Below are positions 9,520 to 19,524 of a DNA stretch of 64,000 bases, in pieces. Origin of the DNA: an uncultured Gammaproteobacteria bacterium (GTDB lineage: Bacteria > Patescibacteriota > Microgenomatia > JALYQM01); contig CAYOFQ010000001.1 of the NCBI GenBank assembly GCA_964403585.1, positions 204,456-268,455 of the forward strand, in the 5' to 3' direction. The position numbers and the translations under genes were made by a program. The number at the start of each line of letters is the position of its first letter. Positions within the stretch are counted from its first letter, which is position 1. A model generated the notes under the pieces. The model saw only the letters and a list, made by a program, of their open reading frames with translations. It had not been told where the DNA came from and did no database searches.

Positions 9520-9903
9520 TATCAGAACCTGTACAACGGCGAAGTATGCTACCACCGTTCCAATGAATCCGATTAACGGAATAAGCGTAAAAAAGGCTAT
9601 GTACTTCAATTTTTGTATAAGTGCGACGTACTTAGGATGAGGAAATATCCAGCTGGCAATCAATCCCAATGCTAATGATGTCATCAATGCATAGAGAAAT
9701 ACCGTCAAAATAATAAAAATAAAACTATCACCCATTGATGCAACAAATAAAATCGTTGAGAAAAAATTTGCGGCTAATCCAACCAGCCCGCAGAGAATAA
9801 AAGGTATATACCATTTAAATTTATGGAGGTAATAAATCTCCGCAATAAGTGAAGCAAAAAAAGGAAGTCCGAGCAGCGAAATTAATATGCCAATAACATC
9901 CAT
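9493..9903 (-). CDS. hypothetical membrane protein
   Basis: About 4 TM helices; start placed at Met 9903, immediately after the stop of the neighbouring gene. Confidence 0.3.
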   Translation of the reverse strand: MDVIGILISLLGLPFFASLIAEIYYLHKFKWYIPFILCGLVGLAANFFSTILFVASMGDSFIFIILTVFLYALMTSLALGLIASWIFPHPKYVALIQKLKYIAFFTLIPLIGFIGTVVAYFAVVQVLILITGTGVS

Positions 9904-9904
9904 A

Positions 9905-10414
9905 CTACTTAACAACAGTATAATGCAATTGCACCAGATCTTCCTGTAGTTGGTCAACACCTGCCAGTTTAAGTTTTATTCTGGTATCGGTTTCACTGAA
10001 AAGGGGAATACCTTTACCGAGAATAATCGGATGAACACTGATAAATACTTCGTCAATCAATTGAGCTTCCAGAAATGATGTATTGGCAATTCCGCCACCA
10101 ATAATAAGCAGCGATTCATGGCCCCGCTGCTGAAGCATCTCTACTATCTCTACCGGAGATTTATCAGTATAAATAACCTGATCTTCATCACGAACAAGCA
10201 GGGGATCATGGGTCATTACTATATTCAACGCTCCCTTATACGGGAAGTCGTCACCGGAAACCTCTTGAGTTCTTCTTCCCATCACTATCGCCCCGCACTC
10301 CTTAATAAGCCAGTTAAAATTCTCCCAGTCCGTAGCTGATACCCAGCTGGTGTCATCATCAGGCCCGGCAATAAAGCCGTCGATAGATATTGCCATATAC
10401 AAAATAACTTTCAT
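9905..10414 (-). CDS. dihydrofolate reductase family protein (RibD C-terminal domain-like)
   Basis: ILYMAISIDGFIAGPDDDTSW...IVMGRRT...LIIGGG pattern of the DHFR / RibD_C superfamily. Confidence 0.6.
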   Translation of the reverse strand: MKVILYMAISIDGFIAGPDDDTSWVSATDWENFNWLIKECGAIVMGRRTQEVSGDDFPYKGALNIVMTHDPLLVRDEDQVIYTDKSPVEIVEMLQQRGHESLLIIGGGIANTSFLEAQLIDEVFISVHPIILGKGIPLFSETDTRIKLKLAGVDQLQEDLVQLHYTVVK

Positions 10415-10415
10415 A

Positions 10416-11099
10416 TTAATTTCCTTTGAATTTGATCCCTAATTCGGGAATAACCGTATTTGCGTCTATAGTAAGTATAAACTCAATAGCCTTGGCGACC
10501 TCCTGAGTATTTAACGCATCATCCATATTTTTCTCGATTCCCATTTTCTTAAACATATGGGTCGAAAGTTTTCCTGGATAAATTCCGGTAACCCGAATAC
10601 CATATTTGGCCAACTCAGGCTCCAGTGACTTGGTAAATCCGGTTAACCCCCATTTGGTTGCATTATAAATTGAACGTTCTTTCTTTGCGTACAGGCCGGC
10701 CTGCGAGTTTATGTTAATAATTAAACCCTCTTTTTGCTGCTTCATAGTCGGTATAACTGCTTTCGTGAGAAGCATCACTCCGGTCAAATTTACCTGAACA
10801 ACCTTTGCGAGATAGTCCGCGTCGTTCTCATCCAGTTCCCCCTGGATCCATAACGCCGCATTATTAATTAAACAATCAATCCGACCGTGCTTAGAAAGTA
10901 TTTCCGTAATCGTTCGCGAAACATGTGCATAGTCGGAAACGTCACAAACGGCAAAGTCACAACCGATCTCTGCAGCTGTTTTTTTCAGTTTCTCCGGGGT
11001 AGGCGAGAGTATCACCACCGTGTACTGACCTACCAGCTGCTTGGCAATATCTTTACCTAATCCGTCGCTTCCTCCTGAAACAACAACTACTTTTTTCAT
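10416..11099 (-). CDS. SDR family oxidoreductase
   Basis: N-terminal VVVSGGSDGLGKDIA Rossmann motif; NNAA and YxxxK-type catalytic region. Confidence 0.65.
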   Translation of the reverse strand: MKKVVVVSGGSDGLGKDIAKQLVGQYTVVILSPTPEKLKKTAAEIGCDFAVCDVSDYAHVSRTITEILSKHGRIDCLINNAALWIQGELDENDADYLAKVVQVNLTGVMLLTKAVIPTMKQQKEGLIININSQAGLYAKKERSIYNATKWGLTGFTKSLEPELAKYGIRVTGIYPGKLSTHMFKKMGIEKNMDDALNTQEVAKAIEFILTIDANTVIPELGIKFKGN

Positions 11100-11101
11100 G
11101 A

Positions 11102-11545
11102 TTACTTACCTTCCTGCATTTTCAAAAAATCGCTAAGGATTGTCGCATGGTCGAACGCAAGCTCTTTAGGTAATTCGTCCCTCGCAAAAAATCTAAATTC
11201 CTCGGCATCGTCACCTGCCACTGGTTCACCTTCCACCTCAACAGCAAAGGCAAAATTAACCGCCTGCTTGGGGTGACGGTTGGGGTCAGTATAATAGTTA
11301 ATAAATTTGATCGACGTAACAGTCAAACCAAGCTCTTCTTTTACTTCCCGAATAGCAGCCTGTTCAGCCGTTTCGTCCCAATCAATATGACCTCCACACA
11401 GCGCCCAGTAATTTTTAAACGGCTCAGCGCCGCACTTAATAAGTAATATCTTGTTATCTTTTACCATCACCGCATCAACGGTAATCGCTCGATTGGCATA
11501 TCTTCCACACTCCGGACACGGAGTACTGGTATCTAACTGCAACAT
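11102..11545 (-). CDS. NUDIX hydrolase with N-terminal zinc ribbon
   Basis: CPECGRY zinc ribbon then Nudix box GGHIDWDETAEQAAIREVKEELGL; start set at ATG 11545, which has an AAAGGA RBS (the ORF track began at a TTG). Confidence 0.7.
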   Translation of the reverse strand: MLQLDTSTPCPECGRYANRAITVDAVMVKDNKILLIKCGAEPFKNYWALCGGHIDWDETAEQAAIREVKEELGLTVTSIKFINYYTDPNRHPKQAVNFAFAVEVEGEPVAGDDAEEFRFFARDELPKELAFDHATILSDFLKMQEGK

Positions 11546-11556
11546 ACAAATTCCTT

Positions 11557-12009
11557 TCAAAGAATATATTCCTGACGCGAGTCTTCTGGAAAATTTACTT
11601 CATCGAATAATACAATTAAGCGGGGTTTTAATTTGTAACAAACATGGCCGTCAGTTCCATCAAGAATTTCATCAACCCGGTCTTTACTCATTCCGTAGCG
11701 CTCTGCATAACTCGACATACCAATTTCTGCTGAAACACGCGAAGATAGTTCATACGCATCACCTTCAAGTTGCAATCCCCGGACCGGACCTCCTGGCGTA
11801 TGAGGTAAAACGACCGTCCCGGCCACACTTCCGTTCGCTCGAACTTCCATCGAATGGCACCGTGAGGGGAGAGAAATCCAATACAGATTCAAATCTGAGT
11901 CATAGGCAAAATAGACAGAGCACGCCCAGGGCTGGTTATCTTTAACAGTCGCAATTTGCAGCAGCCGTGCTTCCTTAAGATAATCTTCAATTAATGCACG
12001 CAGTTCCAT
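11557..12009 (-). CDS. pyridoxamine 5'-phosphate oxidase family protein (FMN-binding split barrel)
   Basis: 150 aa; LLQIATVKDNQPWACSVYFAYD is typical of the PNPOx-like family. Confidence 0.55.
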   Translation of the reverse strand: MELRALIEDYLKEARLLQIATVKDNQPWACSVYFAYDSDLNLYWISLPSRCHSMEVRANGSVAGTVVLPHTPGGPVRGLQLEGDAYELSSRVSAEIGMSSYAERYGMSKDRVDEILDGTDGHVCYKLKPRLIVLFDEVNFPEDSRQEYIL

Positions 12010-12137
12010 AAACCTCCTGGTTATTTCTCCTCTTTTGTTTCTAGATAATGCCGTAAATAATTTGCTTCTGAACTCGGTTGTAATGTCTTGTAAAGGACAT
12101 AATCATCAATTCCAAAATAACCGTCCGGCATCTGACC

Positions 12138-12551
12138 TCACACGGTAAATCCCCGGTGGGAATAAAATTCCAGGTTGTTTTCAGTTGTCCAAAGCAGCAG
12201 TTTATGTCCACCATCCTCAAGCACGGATTTCTCCCAGGCTGAAAGCAAAGCAGTGCCAATACCTTGACCATGGTAATCCTTATCCACTGCAAACCAGTTC
12301 GCAAACGCCACACCACCATAGTGCCTATTAATCATCAAATAGCCAATCAATTTCGTATCATCAAAAGCCAGGAAAATCTGCATCCGGCGGGCAATACCTT
12401 TCTCCAAGTTCTCCCGCGAATAATCCTGTTCAACAAAATATGAAAGCGAGTTATGTGAATAGTGCGAAAACTGTGAACGTAACGAACTTTCAAAAAAAGG
12501 AACAAAAATATCCAAATCCTCAATCGTTGCAAGCCGAATTAATGGAGTCAT
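12138..12551 (-). CDS. GNAT family N-acetyltransferase (ends at an in-frame TGA; reading frame continues to 12021)
   Basis: GNAT motif A HGQGIGTALL; the same frame after TGA at 12136-12138 encodes a further 38 protein-like codons (GQMPDGYFGIDDYVLYKTL...). Confidence 0.55.
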   Translation of the reverse strand: MTPLIRLATIEDLDIFVPFFESSLRSQFSHYSHNSLSYFVEQDYSRENLEKGIARRMQIFLAFDDTKLIGYLMINRHYGGVAFANWFAVDKDYHGQGIGTALLSAWEKSVLEDGGHKLLLWTTENNLEFYSHRGFTV

Positions 12552-12874
12552 TCCAGCTCTCCTTTCAACCAGTCATAATATTTTTGGGTCACATGCGCTG
12601 TAGGTATAGCAATAATACAGGGGGTATCATACGAATGAATCTGAAGAACCTCTCTCTCAAGAGCTTCATACTTAGACTCGATTGTCTTTGCAATCAGGGT
12701 AACCTCTTTACTTTCATCAATTGTCCCGGATTTGGGTGGCCAATAAAACATCGGCTGCATGTCAGGATAGATATTCACACAAGCACAAACCCGCTTTTCC
12801 ATGAGATGGCGACCAATTTTCTTGGCCTCATCAAGAGAGTCACAGGTAATATATACTAAGAGTAAGTCCGACAT
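12548..12874 (-). CDS. cutA: divalent-cation tolerance protein CutA
   Basis: LLLVYITCDSLDEAKKIGRHLMEKRVCACVN...HSYDTPCIIAIP matches the CutA1 family closely; start at Met 12874 with a GGAGA RBS. Confidence 0.7.
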   Translation of the reverse strand: MSDLLLVYITCDSLDEAKKIGRHLMEKRVCACVNIYPDMQPMFYWPPKSGTIDESKEVTLIAKTIESKYEALEREVLQIHSYDTPCIIAIPTAHVTQKYYDWLKGELE

Positions 12875-12881
12875 GGTTCTC

Positions 12882-13862
12882 CTAAGCGTAAAAGTTTCTC
12901 TCCCAGGCATGCTCTTTAAGCTTTTCAATTAATTCTGCAGGCAATCGCGGCTTTTCAGTGAGCGCAATATTTTCTTGAACATGGTTCGTTTTTCGCATTC
13001 CGGGAATCACGGTCGATACTTCCTTAAAGTAGAGAATATACCGCAGCGCCAATTCCGGAAGGGATGTAATGTCCCCGGAAACAAACTGCTGCAACCGCTG
13101 CACTCGAGCATCCAATTCCAGTAACCGTTCAGGGGTAAAATAGTCATTACGGAAATCACCATCATCAAAAGTCGTAGTGGCATTTAAATTTCCCGTCAGA
13201 CCGCCTTCATCCAACGGAACCCGTGCTATAACACCAATATTATTGGCTTTGGCAAATGGAAAAAATTCAGTCACCGGAGATTGATGAAAAATATTAAATA
13301 TCGTTTGTACAACCGAGATCAGACCGGCTTTACAGGCTTCAATACAATTAGTCGGTTCGTGATTATTCGTGGAGATGCCCCAGAACTTAACTTTTCCTTG
13401 TTTCGTTAAAGCTTGAATCGTTTCTTTCCACTCGTCGCTTTCCTCAACCCAGTCATCCTGCCACACATGAAATTGCATGATGTCCAGATATTCTACATCT
13501 AAAGTTTTAAGGCTCTCTTCAACCAGCGAGACAATATGCTCTTTGGGAAAAACTTCTTCTATTGAAACACCTTTTCGTGCCGGCCACTGCCAGTTTTTGG
13601 GATTAATCTTCGAAGCGATAACTAAATCTGTCTGTGGACGCTGCTTAATTATTTCACCAATCCATTTTTCAGATAATCCGTCACCATATGAACGGGCGGT
13701 ATCAATAAAATTAACTCCACTATCGATCGCCGTAAGTAATGATCGCTCACTCTCTTCCCGCGTTGCCCCAACCCAGCAATCGGAATCATTGGCAAATTGC
13801 CAGGTGCCATAACCAACCTCTGAAATTTTTAGTTCTGTTTTACCGAGAGTTCTGTATTTCAT
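12882..13862 (-). CDS. aldo/keto reductase
   Basis: LGKTELKISEVGYGTWQF...FIDTARSYGDGLSEKWIGE is a typical AKR N-terminus. Confidence 0.75.
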   Translation of the reverse strand: MKYRTLGKTELKISEVGYGTWQFANDSDCWVGATREESERSLLTAIDSGVNFIDTARSYGDGLSEKWIGEIIKQRPQTDLVIASKINPKNWQWPARKGVSIEEVFPKEHIVSLVEESLKTLDVEYLDIMQFHVWQDDWVEESDEWKETIQALTKQGKVKFWGISTNNHEPTNCIEACKAGLISVVQTIFNIFHQSPVTEFFPFAKANNIGVIARVPLDEGGLTGNLNATTTFDDGDFRNDYFTPERLLELDARVQRLQQFVSGDITSLPELALRYILYFKEVSTVIPGMRKTNHVQENIALTEKPRLPAELIEKLKEHAWERNFYA

Positions 13863-13902
13863 GTACCAATAATACTATAATCTTTTCTACCGGTACAGAT
13901 CG

Positions 13903-14793
13903 TTAATGGAATTGTTTTATACGCTGTATAGCTTTAGGAAGATCGGGAAGTAAATCACTTGCCACAACTCCGGTATCACCAACCTGTTCTTCAATCAAAC
14001 CGGCTGCTTCACCGTGGACATATACACCAACACACGAAGCGTCAAAAGGAGATAATCTCTGTGCTACAAAGCCTGCAATTGCTCCGCTCAAAACATCACC
14101 GGTACCGGCAGTTGCCAGTACTGCCGTTGCAAAAGGACTTTCAGCGATCTTCCCGTCCGGCGCTGCAATCAATGTGTGCGCGCCCTTCAAAACCACCGTC
14201 TGATGCGAAATCTTAACCAGGGTCTTCGCAAAATCAGAACGGCCTTTCTGAATTTCCGCTGCAGTAACTCCCAATAATCTACCCATCTCAGCAGGGTGTG
14301 GTGTCAAAATAGCCTTACCTTCAGGAATTTGCCAGACGTCGTCCAATTGCGAAATAATGGTTAAGGCATCGGCATCCAATATCACGGTTCCGGCAAAACC
14401 GCCGGCACGAAAATATTCTAAAAGTCCGGAGATCAGTGGTTTAACCGAATCTTTCAGCGAAAGACCGGGACCAATCAGGACGACATCATATTCGGGAATT
14501 TTTTCTATCAGTGGCTGCAAGGCTTGAGCAGAAAAAGCCCCGTCAGAGTCAGGTAACCGCACAAAAGTTGTTTCAGTGAGTTTGATGGCTAAAATAGCAT
14601 AAATACTCTCGGGGACTGCCAAAGTAACCAGGCCAGCACCCACGTGTTGTGCTGCCGAAGCTGCCAGATACGCTGCACCAATATACTGTTCCGATCCCGC
14701 GATCACCAGTACTTTACCGAACGTACCCTTATGCGCATCATTGGGACGGTGGGGGAGCAGTGAAACAATTTTCTCCGAGTTCAGAGTATCCAT
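13903..14793 (-). CDS. nnrD: ADP-dependent NAD(P)H-hydrate dehydratase (YjeF C-terminal / Nnr family)
   Basis: KGTFGKVLVIAGSEQYIGAAYLAASAA...GTGDVLSG are carbohydrate-kinase-like Nnr motifs. Confidence 0.7.
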   Translation of the reverse strand: MDTLNSEKIVSLLPHRPNDAHKGTFGKVLVIAGSEQYIGAAYLAASAAQHVGAGLVTLAVPESIYAILAIKLTETTFVRLPDSDGAFSAQALQPLIEKIPEYDVVLIGPGLSLKDSVKPLISGLLEYFRAGGFAGTVILDADALTIISQLDDVWQIPEGKAILTPHPAEMGRLLGVTAAEIQKGRSDFAKTLVKISHQTVVLKGAHTLIAAPDGKIAESPFATAVLATAGTGDVLSGAIAGFVAQRLSPFDASCVGVYVHGEAAGLIEEQVGDTGVVASDLLPDLPKAIQRIKQFH

Positions 14794-14827
14794 CTAAGAA
14801 GTATCATACACTATCGTGCTTTTTACG

Positions 14828-15079
14828 TTAATCCTTCCAGTTCCACCATTTTAATAGTTCGGTATCATGCGTTTGATTTGATGCAAAATAAACCGCACAG
14901 CGAAACGTGTACAGCATACACCGGTCAACCCTAATTCCTTGCAGGGCACACAACCGTTCATACATAGCTTCCGGATCTTCATTTTTCAAATCGGCAACAG
15001 TACGATAGCCAAGATTTTCCAGATCCTTTGCTACAGCTTTACCAACACCGGGAATAATTTCAAAAGGGGATTTAGACAT
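14828..15079 (-). CDS. helix-hairpin-helix domain protein (Cdd1/pathogenicity-locus-like)
   Basis: IPGVGKAVAKDLENLGYRTVADL is a HhH motif in an 83 aa protein. Confidence 0.45.
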   Translation of the reverse strand: MSKSPFEIIPGVGKAVAKDLENLGYRTVADLKNEDPEAMYERLCALQGIRVDRCMLYTFRCAVYFASNQTHDTELLKWWNWKD

Positions 15080-15080
15080 A

Positions 15081-15821
15081 CTATTTTAGAGTAAACCCCG
15101 CATCGACATAGATAACTTGTCCGGTCATCGCGTCGTTTTTTGCCAAGAAAACAAAAGCATCCGCAATTTCATCTTCGGTTACCCAACGCTTCAGGTAAGT
15201 TTGCTCAAGGAAAGTTTTATTCTGCTCGTCAGAAAAATTGTCATAATTTCTGGTTTTTACAAAACCAGGTGCAACTGCATTTACTTGAATTTTGGGCGCA
15301 ACCATCTTAGCCAGTGTTTTAGTAAAGCTATTGAGTCCTGCTTTAGATGACGCATAAACAACCGATCTGCCACCATGTTCAGCGCCACGAATCGAGCTTG
15401 TATTTAAGATTTTTCCGTATCCTTGTTTCTGCATATATCGCAATGCAATTTGAGAACACAACATCGGACCAATAAGATCAGTATGGACCAATTCAACTAT
15501 TTGCTCATAAGAGGCATCAGGATACGGAACTTTGTCATTAGGAATCGCCGCATTATTTATTAATATATCCACAGTATTATATTTTTTTTCAACCTCATCA
15601 AATAAAAGTCTAATTTGTTCAGGGTTGGAAACGTCTGCCTGAACAAGAAGCGCTTCTCCGCCCATTTCTTTGATCTTTGCCACAGTATCCTCACCCCCGG
15701 CTTTATTCACATTGTAATTTACCACAATCTTTGATCCTTCTTGAGCAAATCGTAACGCTGTGGCTTTGCCAATTCCACTTGAAGATCCGGTAATCACAAC
15801 AACTTTATTTCGTAAATCCAT
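15081..15821 (-). CDS. SDR family oxidoreductase (FabG-like)
   Basis: VVVITGSSSGIGKA; NNAA; S...YxxxK catalytic pattern (YASSKAG). Confidence 0.7.
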   Translation of the reverse strand: MDLRNKVVVITGSSSGIGKATALRFAQEGSKIVVNYNVNKAGGEDTVAKIKEMGGEALLVQADVSNPEQIRLLFDEVEKKYNTVDILINNAAIPNDKVPYPDASYEQIVELVHTDLIGPMLCSQIALRYMQKQGYGKILNTSSIRGAEHGGRSVVYASSKAGLNSFTKTLAKMVAPKIQVNAVAPGFVKTRNYDNFSDEQNKTFLEQTYLKRWVTEDEIADAFVFLAKNDAMTGQVIYVDAGFTLK

Positions 15822-15822
15822 A

Positions 15823-16518
15823 CTATATCCCTTCTATTGAATAAGTAACTCCAGCTTTTTGGAACAATTCTACATGACTTTTAGCTAAAACGCGAACCTC
15901 TACGTATGCTGCAGTATGACCGCCTTCTTGTAATACGGATAAAAGCCGCAACGTCCGGGGGGTAAGTTTTTTCTCTAAAATCGCCGCCACCGCAGTGCTA
16001 TGCGAACCTAAATCCACTCCGTAGGACAAAACAAAATGATTCCCCTCCACGATATCGATAAACTTAGCGACCAGGTATTCAAGTTTAGTCATCTCCGCAA
16101 GCGGTTGTTCAAATGCATCAAAGACGGTTAAATAGTTTTCCTGAATTCCTTTAGGCAGACAATCAGTCAACATTCTAATCTCTTCATGTTCCAGTAAATG
16201 TTTATCTGTTCCTAACCCCTGCAACTGCTGGTAGCTCGACACATCACCGGTAATTGTTTCACCAAGATCATGCACCCAAAAAATTTGATTTAACTCATCA
16301 GTATCGACTAAAGCTGCGAGTGCTGGACAAATTGCCCGCATCTGCATCCACATGCCAATACACGCCCATACATGCCCGACAATCGACTCACGCTTACCAC
16401 CTTGTTCGGCGGCCAGCATATAGGGCGTATCACCACACCGGTATTGCCAGTTTCCCGGAAAGGTTCTGGTCATAAACTCGAACATACCATCAATATCCGC
16501 TCGGAGGTCTGAGATCAT
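15823..16518 (-). CDS. HD-domain phosphohydrolase (YfbR-like)
   Basis: H...HD...D metal-binding pattern (HVWACIGMW...VHDLGETITGD). Confidence 0.5.
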   Translation of the reverse strand: MISDLRADIDGMFEFMTRTFPGNWQYRCGDTPYMLAAEQGGKRESIVGHVWACIGMWMQMRAICPALAALVDTDELNQIFWVHDLGETITGDVSSYQQLQGLGTDKHLLEHEEIRMLTDCLPKGIQENYLTVFDAFEQPLAEMTKLEYLVAKFIDIVEGNHFVLSYGVDLGSHSTAVAAILEKKLTPRTLRLLSVLQEGGHTAAYVEVRVLAKSHVELFQKAGVTYSIEGI

Positions 16519-17033
16519 AACATCATTTCCATCATTATTTCATCGTAATATGTTCCATCAACAAATAAATCACCGTGCGAAACCCCGATCATTTGAAAAC
16601 CCATTTTCTTATATAACTCATAGGCGCTTATCTGTTCAGGAACCACTTCTATCTTAATTTTCTTAATCCCGGTATGTTCTCTGGCCATACGCAAAATTTC
16701 TTCCACTAATTTACGTCCCAGGCCTTGCCCGCGGTACTTTGGATCAACATACGTTCCCCACACATGTGCAACATGACGCATCTTCGCATGCTGCATATAC
16801 TGAACGCCCACCAGACCAACTAATTTAGTTCCATTCCGCGCCACTACCATCTCTCCGACTTGAGATAAAAGACTCCCTTCGATCCGTTTCTTCCATTTTT
16901 CTTCAGGAACCTGTAATTCGTCTTCGTACGTTGCCAGAAAAGCCGTAGGGGAGTCTTGCAGAGATAAGAGCCGTAAATCCCGGAACGCTTCCCATTCATC
17001 CATTGTTGGTTTAGAAATTTGAATATTGCTCAC
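16515..17033 (-). CDS. GNAT family N-acetyltransferase
   Basis: Motif A RGQGLGRKLV; probable GTG start at 17033 with a GGAGG RBS (alternative starts are ATG 17003 or 17078). Confidence 0.65.
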   Translation of the reverse strand: MSNIQISKPTMDEWEAFRDLRLLSLQDSPTAFLATYEDELQVPEEKWKKRIEGSLLSQVGEMVVARNGTKLVGLVGVQYMQHAKMRHVAHVWGTYVDPKYRGQGLGRKLVEEILRMAREHTGIKKIKIEVVPEQISAYELYKKMGFQMIGVSHGDLFVDGTYYDEIMMEMML

Positions 17034-17106
17034 GTAAAGTACCTCCAATATCATTAATTCTAACGCAAGTAGTATCAAATAAAAATAACTGTTAAAATCA
17101 CTGCAT

Positions 17107-17820
17107 ATGGCACGAGATGTTCAGACAGAAATCCTTGCTAAATTGTACGGGGCTCCCGGACTACGCTACAGTGAAGCCCATCCTGAAGATGTCGAAAACG
17201 ATTTATATAACTATCATCTTCAGTCGCTGGTTAAAAAAGGCTTAATCGAAAAAAAAGACCAAATCTACTCACTTACATTTGATGGCCTTCAGCACATTGT
17301 CAAAAACAAACCGATAAACTTATCGGGAACTAAAGCCGACCTATTTAAAGTGAATGTTCTAACCCTCGTTTTGAAAGAAGAAAAGAATACAAAATATATT
17401 GTAAACCAGAGACGGAAAATGCATCCATTCTATGGCGATCAGGCAGTATTGGGAGGGATGGTCAAAAACGGTGAACCCATTGTGAGCGCAGCCAGCAGAA
17501 AACTTCAGGAAGAGTCCGGTTTGATAGCGGATTTTTCATTAGTTGGCGTCATAAGAGGCGTCTTTATTCATGAAGGTGAGATCCTTCAAGATATTCTCTT
17601 TCATGTATGTGTTGCTGAAGAATTCACGGGAGAGTTAGTTTCTGAAAATGAGTTTGGATCAAATTTTTGGGTTACTCTGGATCAGGCAATTGAAAGTGAG
17701 CATCATTCAAGAGCAGCACTCCTGCCTCTAATCGAATTGTATAGGCAGCTAAAGGCAAACACAGTTTCGCAAATACCGTTCTTCTACTTCGATCTTGAGC
17801 TCAAAGTCGATCATTTATAG
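17107..17820 (+). CDS. NUDIX hydrolase with N-terminal winged-helix-like region
   Basis: Nudix box GGMVKNGEPIVSAASRKLQEESGL; TAAAAT -10-like hexamer 8 nt upstream of the ATG. Confidence 0.6.
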   Translation: MARDVQTEILAKLYGAPGLRYSEAHPEDVENDLYNYHLQSLVKKGLIEKKDQIYSLTFDGLQHIVKNKPINLSGTKADLFKVNVLTLVLKEEKNTKYIVNQRRKMHPFYGDQAVLGGMVKNGEPIVSAASRKLQEESGLIADFSLVGVIRGVFIHEGEILQDILFHVCVAEEFTGELVSENEFGSNFWVTLDQAIESEHHSRAALLPLIELYRQLKANTVSQIPFFYFDLELKVDHL

Positions 17821-17864
17821 TACCGAGTGGGCCTTCACTAGATTTCCTCCATTTATAAGCTAAA

Positions 17865-18494
17865 ATGTCACTATATGTTAATATCAATGAAAATGTAGCT
17901 CAAACCAGGCGGAGTTATGAGCAAATATACACTCAATACGCCGAAAATAATAAAATGAATGAAGTTATTCAGGCCAACCTGGATAAGTTCATCGCTCACC
18001 TAAAAGGCCAACGGGTCCTCGATGTCGGGTGCGCTCAAGGGCGGGAATCACTGTATTTAAGAGAAAAAGGACTTGAAGTTAGCGGGTGTGACCTCACGCC
18101 TGAATTTATTGAGCTGGCAAAGAAAAACTGTCCGAAAGGGGAGTTCAGGGTTGCCGATATGCGGGATTTACCATACGACCCAAACCAATTTGATGGAGTA
18201 TGGGCTTCAGCTTCATATTTACATGTTCCCAAATCCGACGGACTGAGAACCCTTCAGGGCTTTAATACCGTCCTAGGTTCACAGGGACTCTTATATCTTT
18301 CGGTTATGGAAGGAGAACATGACGCTCTACGCGAAAATAAACAAATGAACTGGCCTGCACGACATTTTGCAGACTATAAACTCGACGAGCTCACTAATCT
18401 TCTTAACCGGTCAGGATTTCGAGTCATCGAGAATAATTCAGTACAGACCTCGTGGGGTCCAACCTTTTTACACATGTTCGCACGAAAGGAGTAA
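17865..18494 (+). CDS. class I SAM-dependent methyltransferase
   Basis: Motif I VLDVGCAQGRES followed by a methyltransferase type 11/12-like core. Confidence 0.65.
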   Translation: MSLYVNINENVAQTRRSYEQIYTQYAENNKMNEVIQANLDKFIAHLKGQRVLDVGCAQGRESLYLREKGLEVSGCDLTPEFIELAKKNCPKGEFRVADMRDLPYDPNQFDGVWASASYLHVPKSDGLRTLQGFNTVLGSQGLLYLSVMEGEHDALRENKQMNWPARHFADYKLDELTNLLNRSGFRVIENNSVQTSWGPTFLHMFARKE

Positions 18495-18496
18495 CT

Positions 18497-18913
18497 ATGG
18501 ATATTGTACTGCAGGTCGGAGTAAAGGCATTACTTAAAAATAAGGAGGGTAAGTATCTTTTATTAAAACGCTCGAAAGACAAATACAAAGAAGTTCACAA
18601 CCTCTGGGATATCCCCGGCGGACGCATCGATCCGGGTACGCCCCTCATGGAGAACCTGAAGAGAGAAATCCTGGAAGAAACACAGCTAAGCTTAATTGAT
18701 CAGCCACGCTTGGTTGCTGCTCAAGATATTTTAAAAGTGCCTGCACGGCATGTCGTCCGGCTTACGTATGTAGGCACCATTGATGGAGATCCTCAATTGG
18801 ATCAGCAAGAGCACGTTGATTACAAATGGGTTACTGTTGGCGAACTTAAAACCATTGAAGGGCTAGATTCGTACATAACTGAGGTTATAAATTCTGGTAT
18901 ACTGGAGTCATGA
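18497..18913 (+). CDS. NUDIX hydrolase
   Basis: Nudix box GGRIDPGTPLMENLKREILEETQL; start at Met 18497 with an AAGGAG RBS. Confidence 0.7.
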   Translation: MDIVLQVGVKALLKNKEGKYLLLKRSKDKYKEVHNLWDIPGGRIDPGTPLMENLKREILEETQLSLIDQPRLVAAQDILKVPARHVVRLTYVGTIDGDPQLDQQEHVDYKWVTVGELKTIEGLDSYITEVINSGILES

Positions 18914-19377
18914 TTGAACTAAACTCCCCCGCACCTGAATTCAATTTGCCTGACCAGGACAACAAGGAGCACAAACTTTCAGACTACCGGGGCAAGTGGG
19001 TTGTCGTATATTTCTACCCTAAAGACGATACCCCCGGATGCACCACCGAAGCCTGTTCGTTCAGAGATGACTATCAGGAACTGGAAAAGAACAACGTTCA
19101 GATACTGGGAATTTCGAAAGATTCGGTAAAATCTCATAAAAAATTTGCCGAAAAGTTTAACCTAAATTTTCCGCTGCTCTCCGATCCGGAAAAAACAACC
19201 ATCCATGCCTATAATTCCTGGGGAGAGAAAAAATTCATGGGACGGGTATTCGAAGGTATTCTTCGTAACACGTTTTTAATTAATCCGGAAGGCCAGGTCG
19301 CCAAAATCTATGAAAAAGTAACACCCAAAGGTCATTCAGCACAAATCCTTAGAGATGTTCGTGAATTGCAATCATAA
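18910..19377 (+). CDS. bcp: thiol peroxidase Bcp (peroxiredoxin)
   Basis: YFYPKDDTPGCTTEACSFRD is the peroxiredoxin active site with the peroxidatic Cys. Confidence 0.8.
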   Translation: MIELNSPAPEFNLPDQDNKEHKLSDYRGKWVVVYFYPKDDTPGCTTEACSFRDDYQELEKNNVQILGISKDSVKSHKKFAEKFNLNFPLLSDPEKTTIHAYNSWGEKKFMGRVFEGILRNTFLINPEGQVAKIYEKVTPKGHSAQILRDVRELQS

Positions 19378-19524
19378 CTGCTACAATGGCACTATGGATC
19401 TGGATTACAAAAATCCCTATTCGCGTAAATGGAAAAAGTTTAAGCCAACCCCTTTCTTGGTCCATCCAGTCAGCATAAATCCGGATATATTTCTCACTTC
19501 GGCGACAAAATCCGCATCACTTCC

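Noticed and set aside
12041-12319. 92-aa ORF in an alternative frame overlapping the GNAT 3' region.
   Set aside because: The GNAT frame and its post-TGA continuation give protein-like GNAT C-terminal sequence. This alternative frame gives Cys/Trp-rich low-plausibility sequence.
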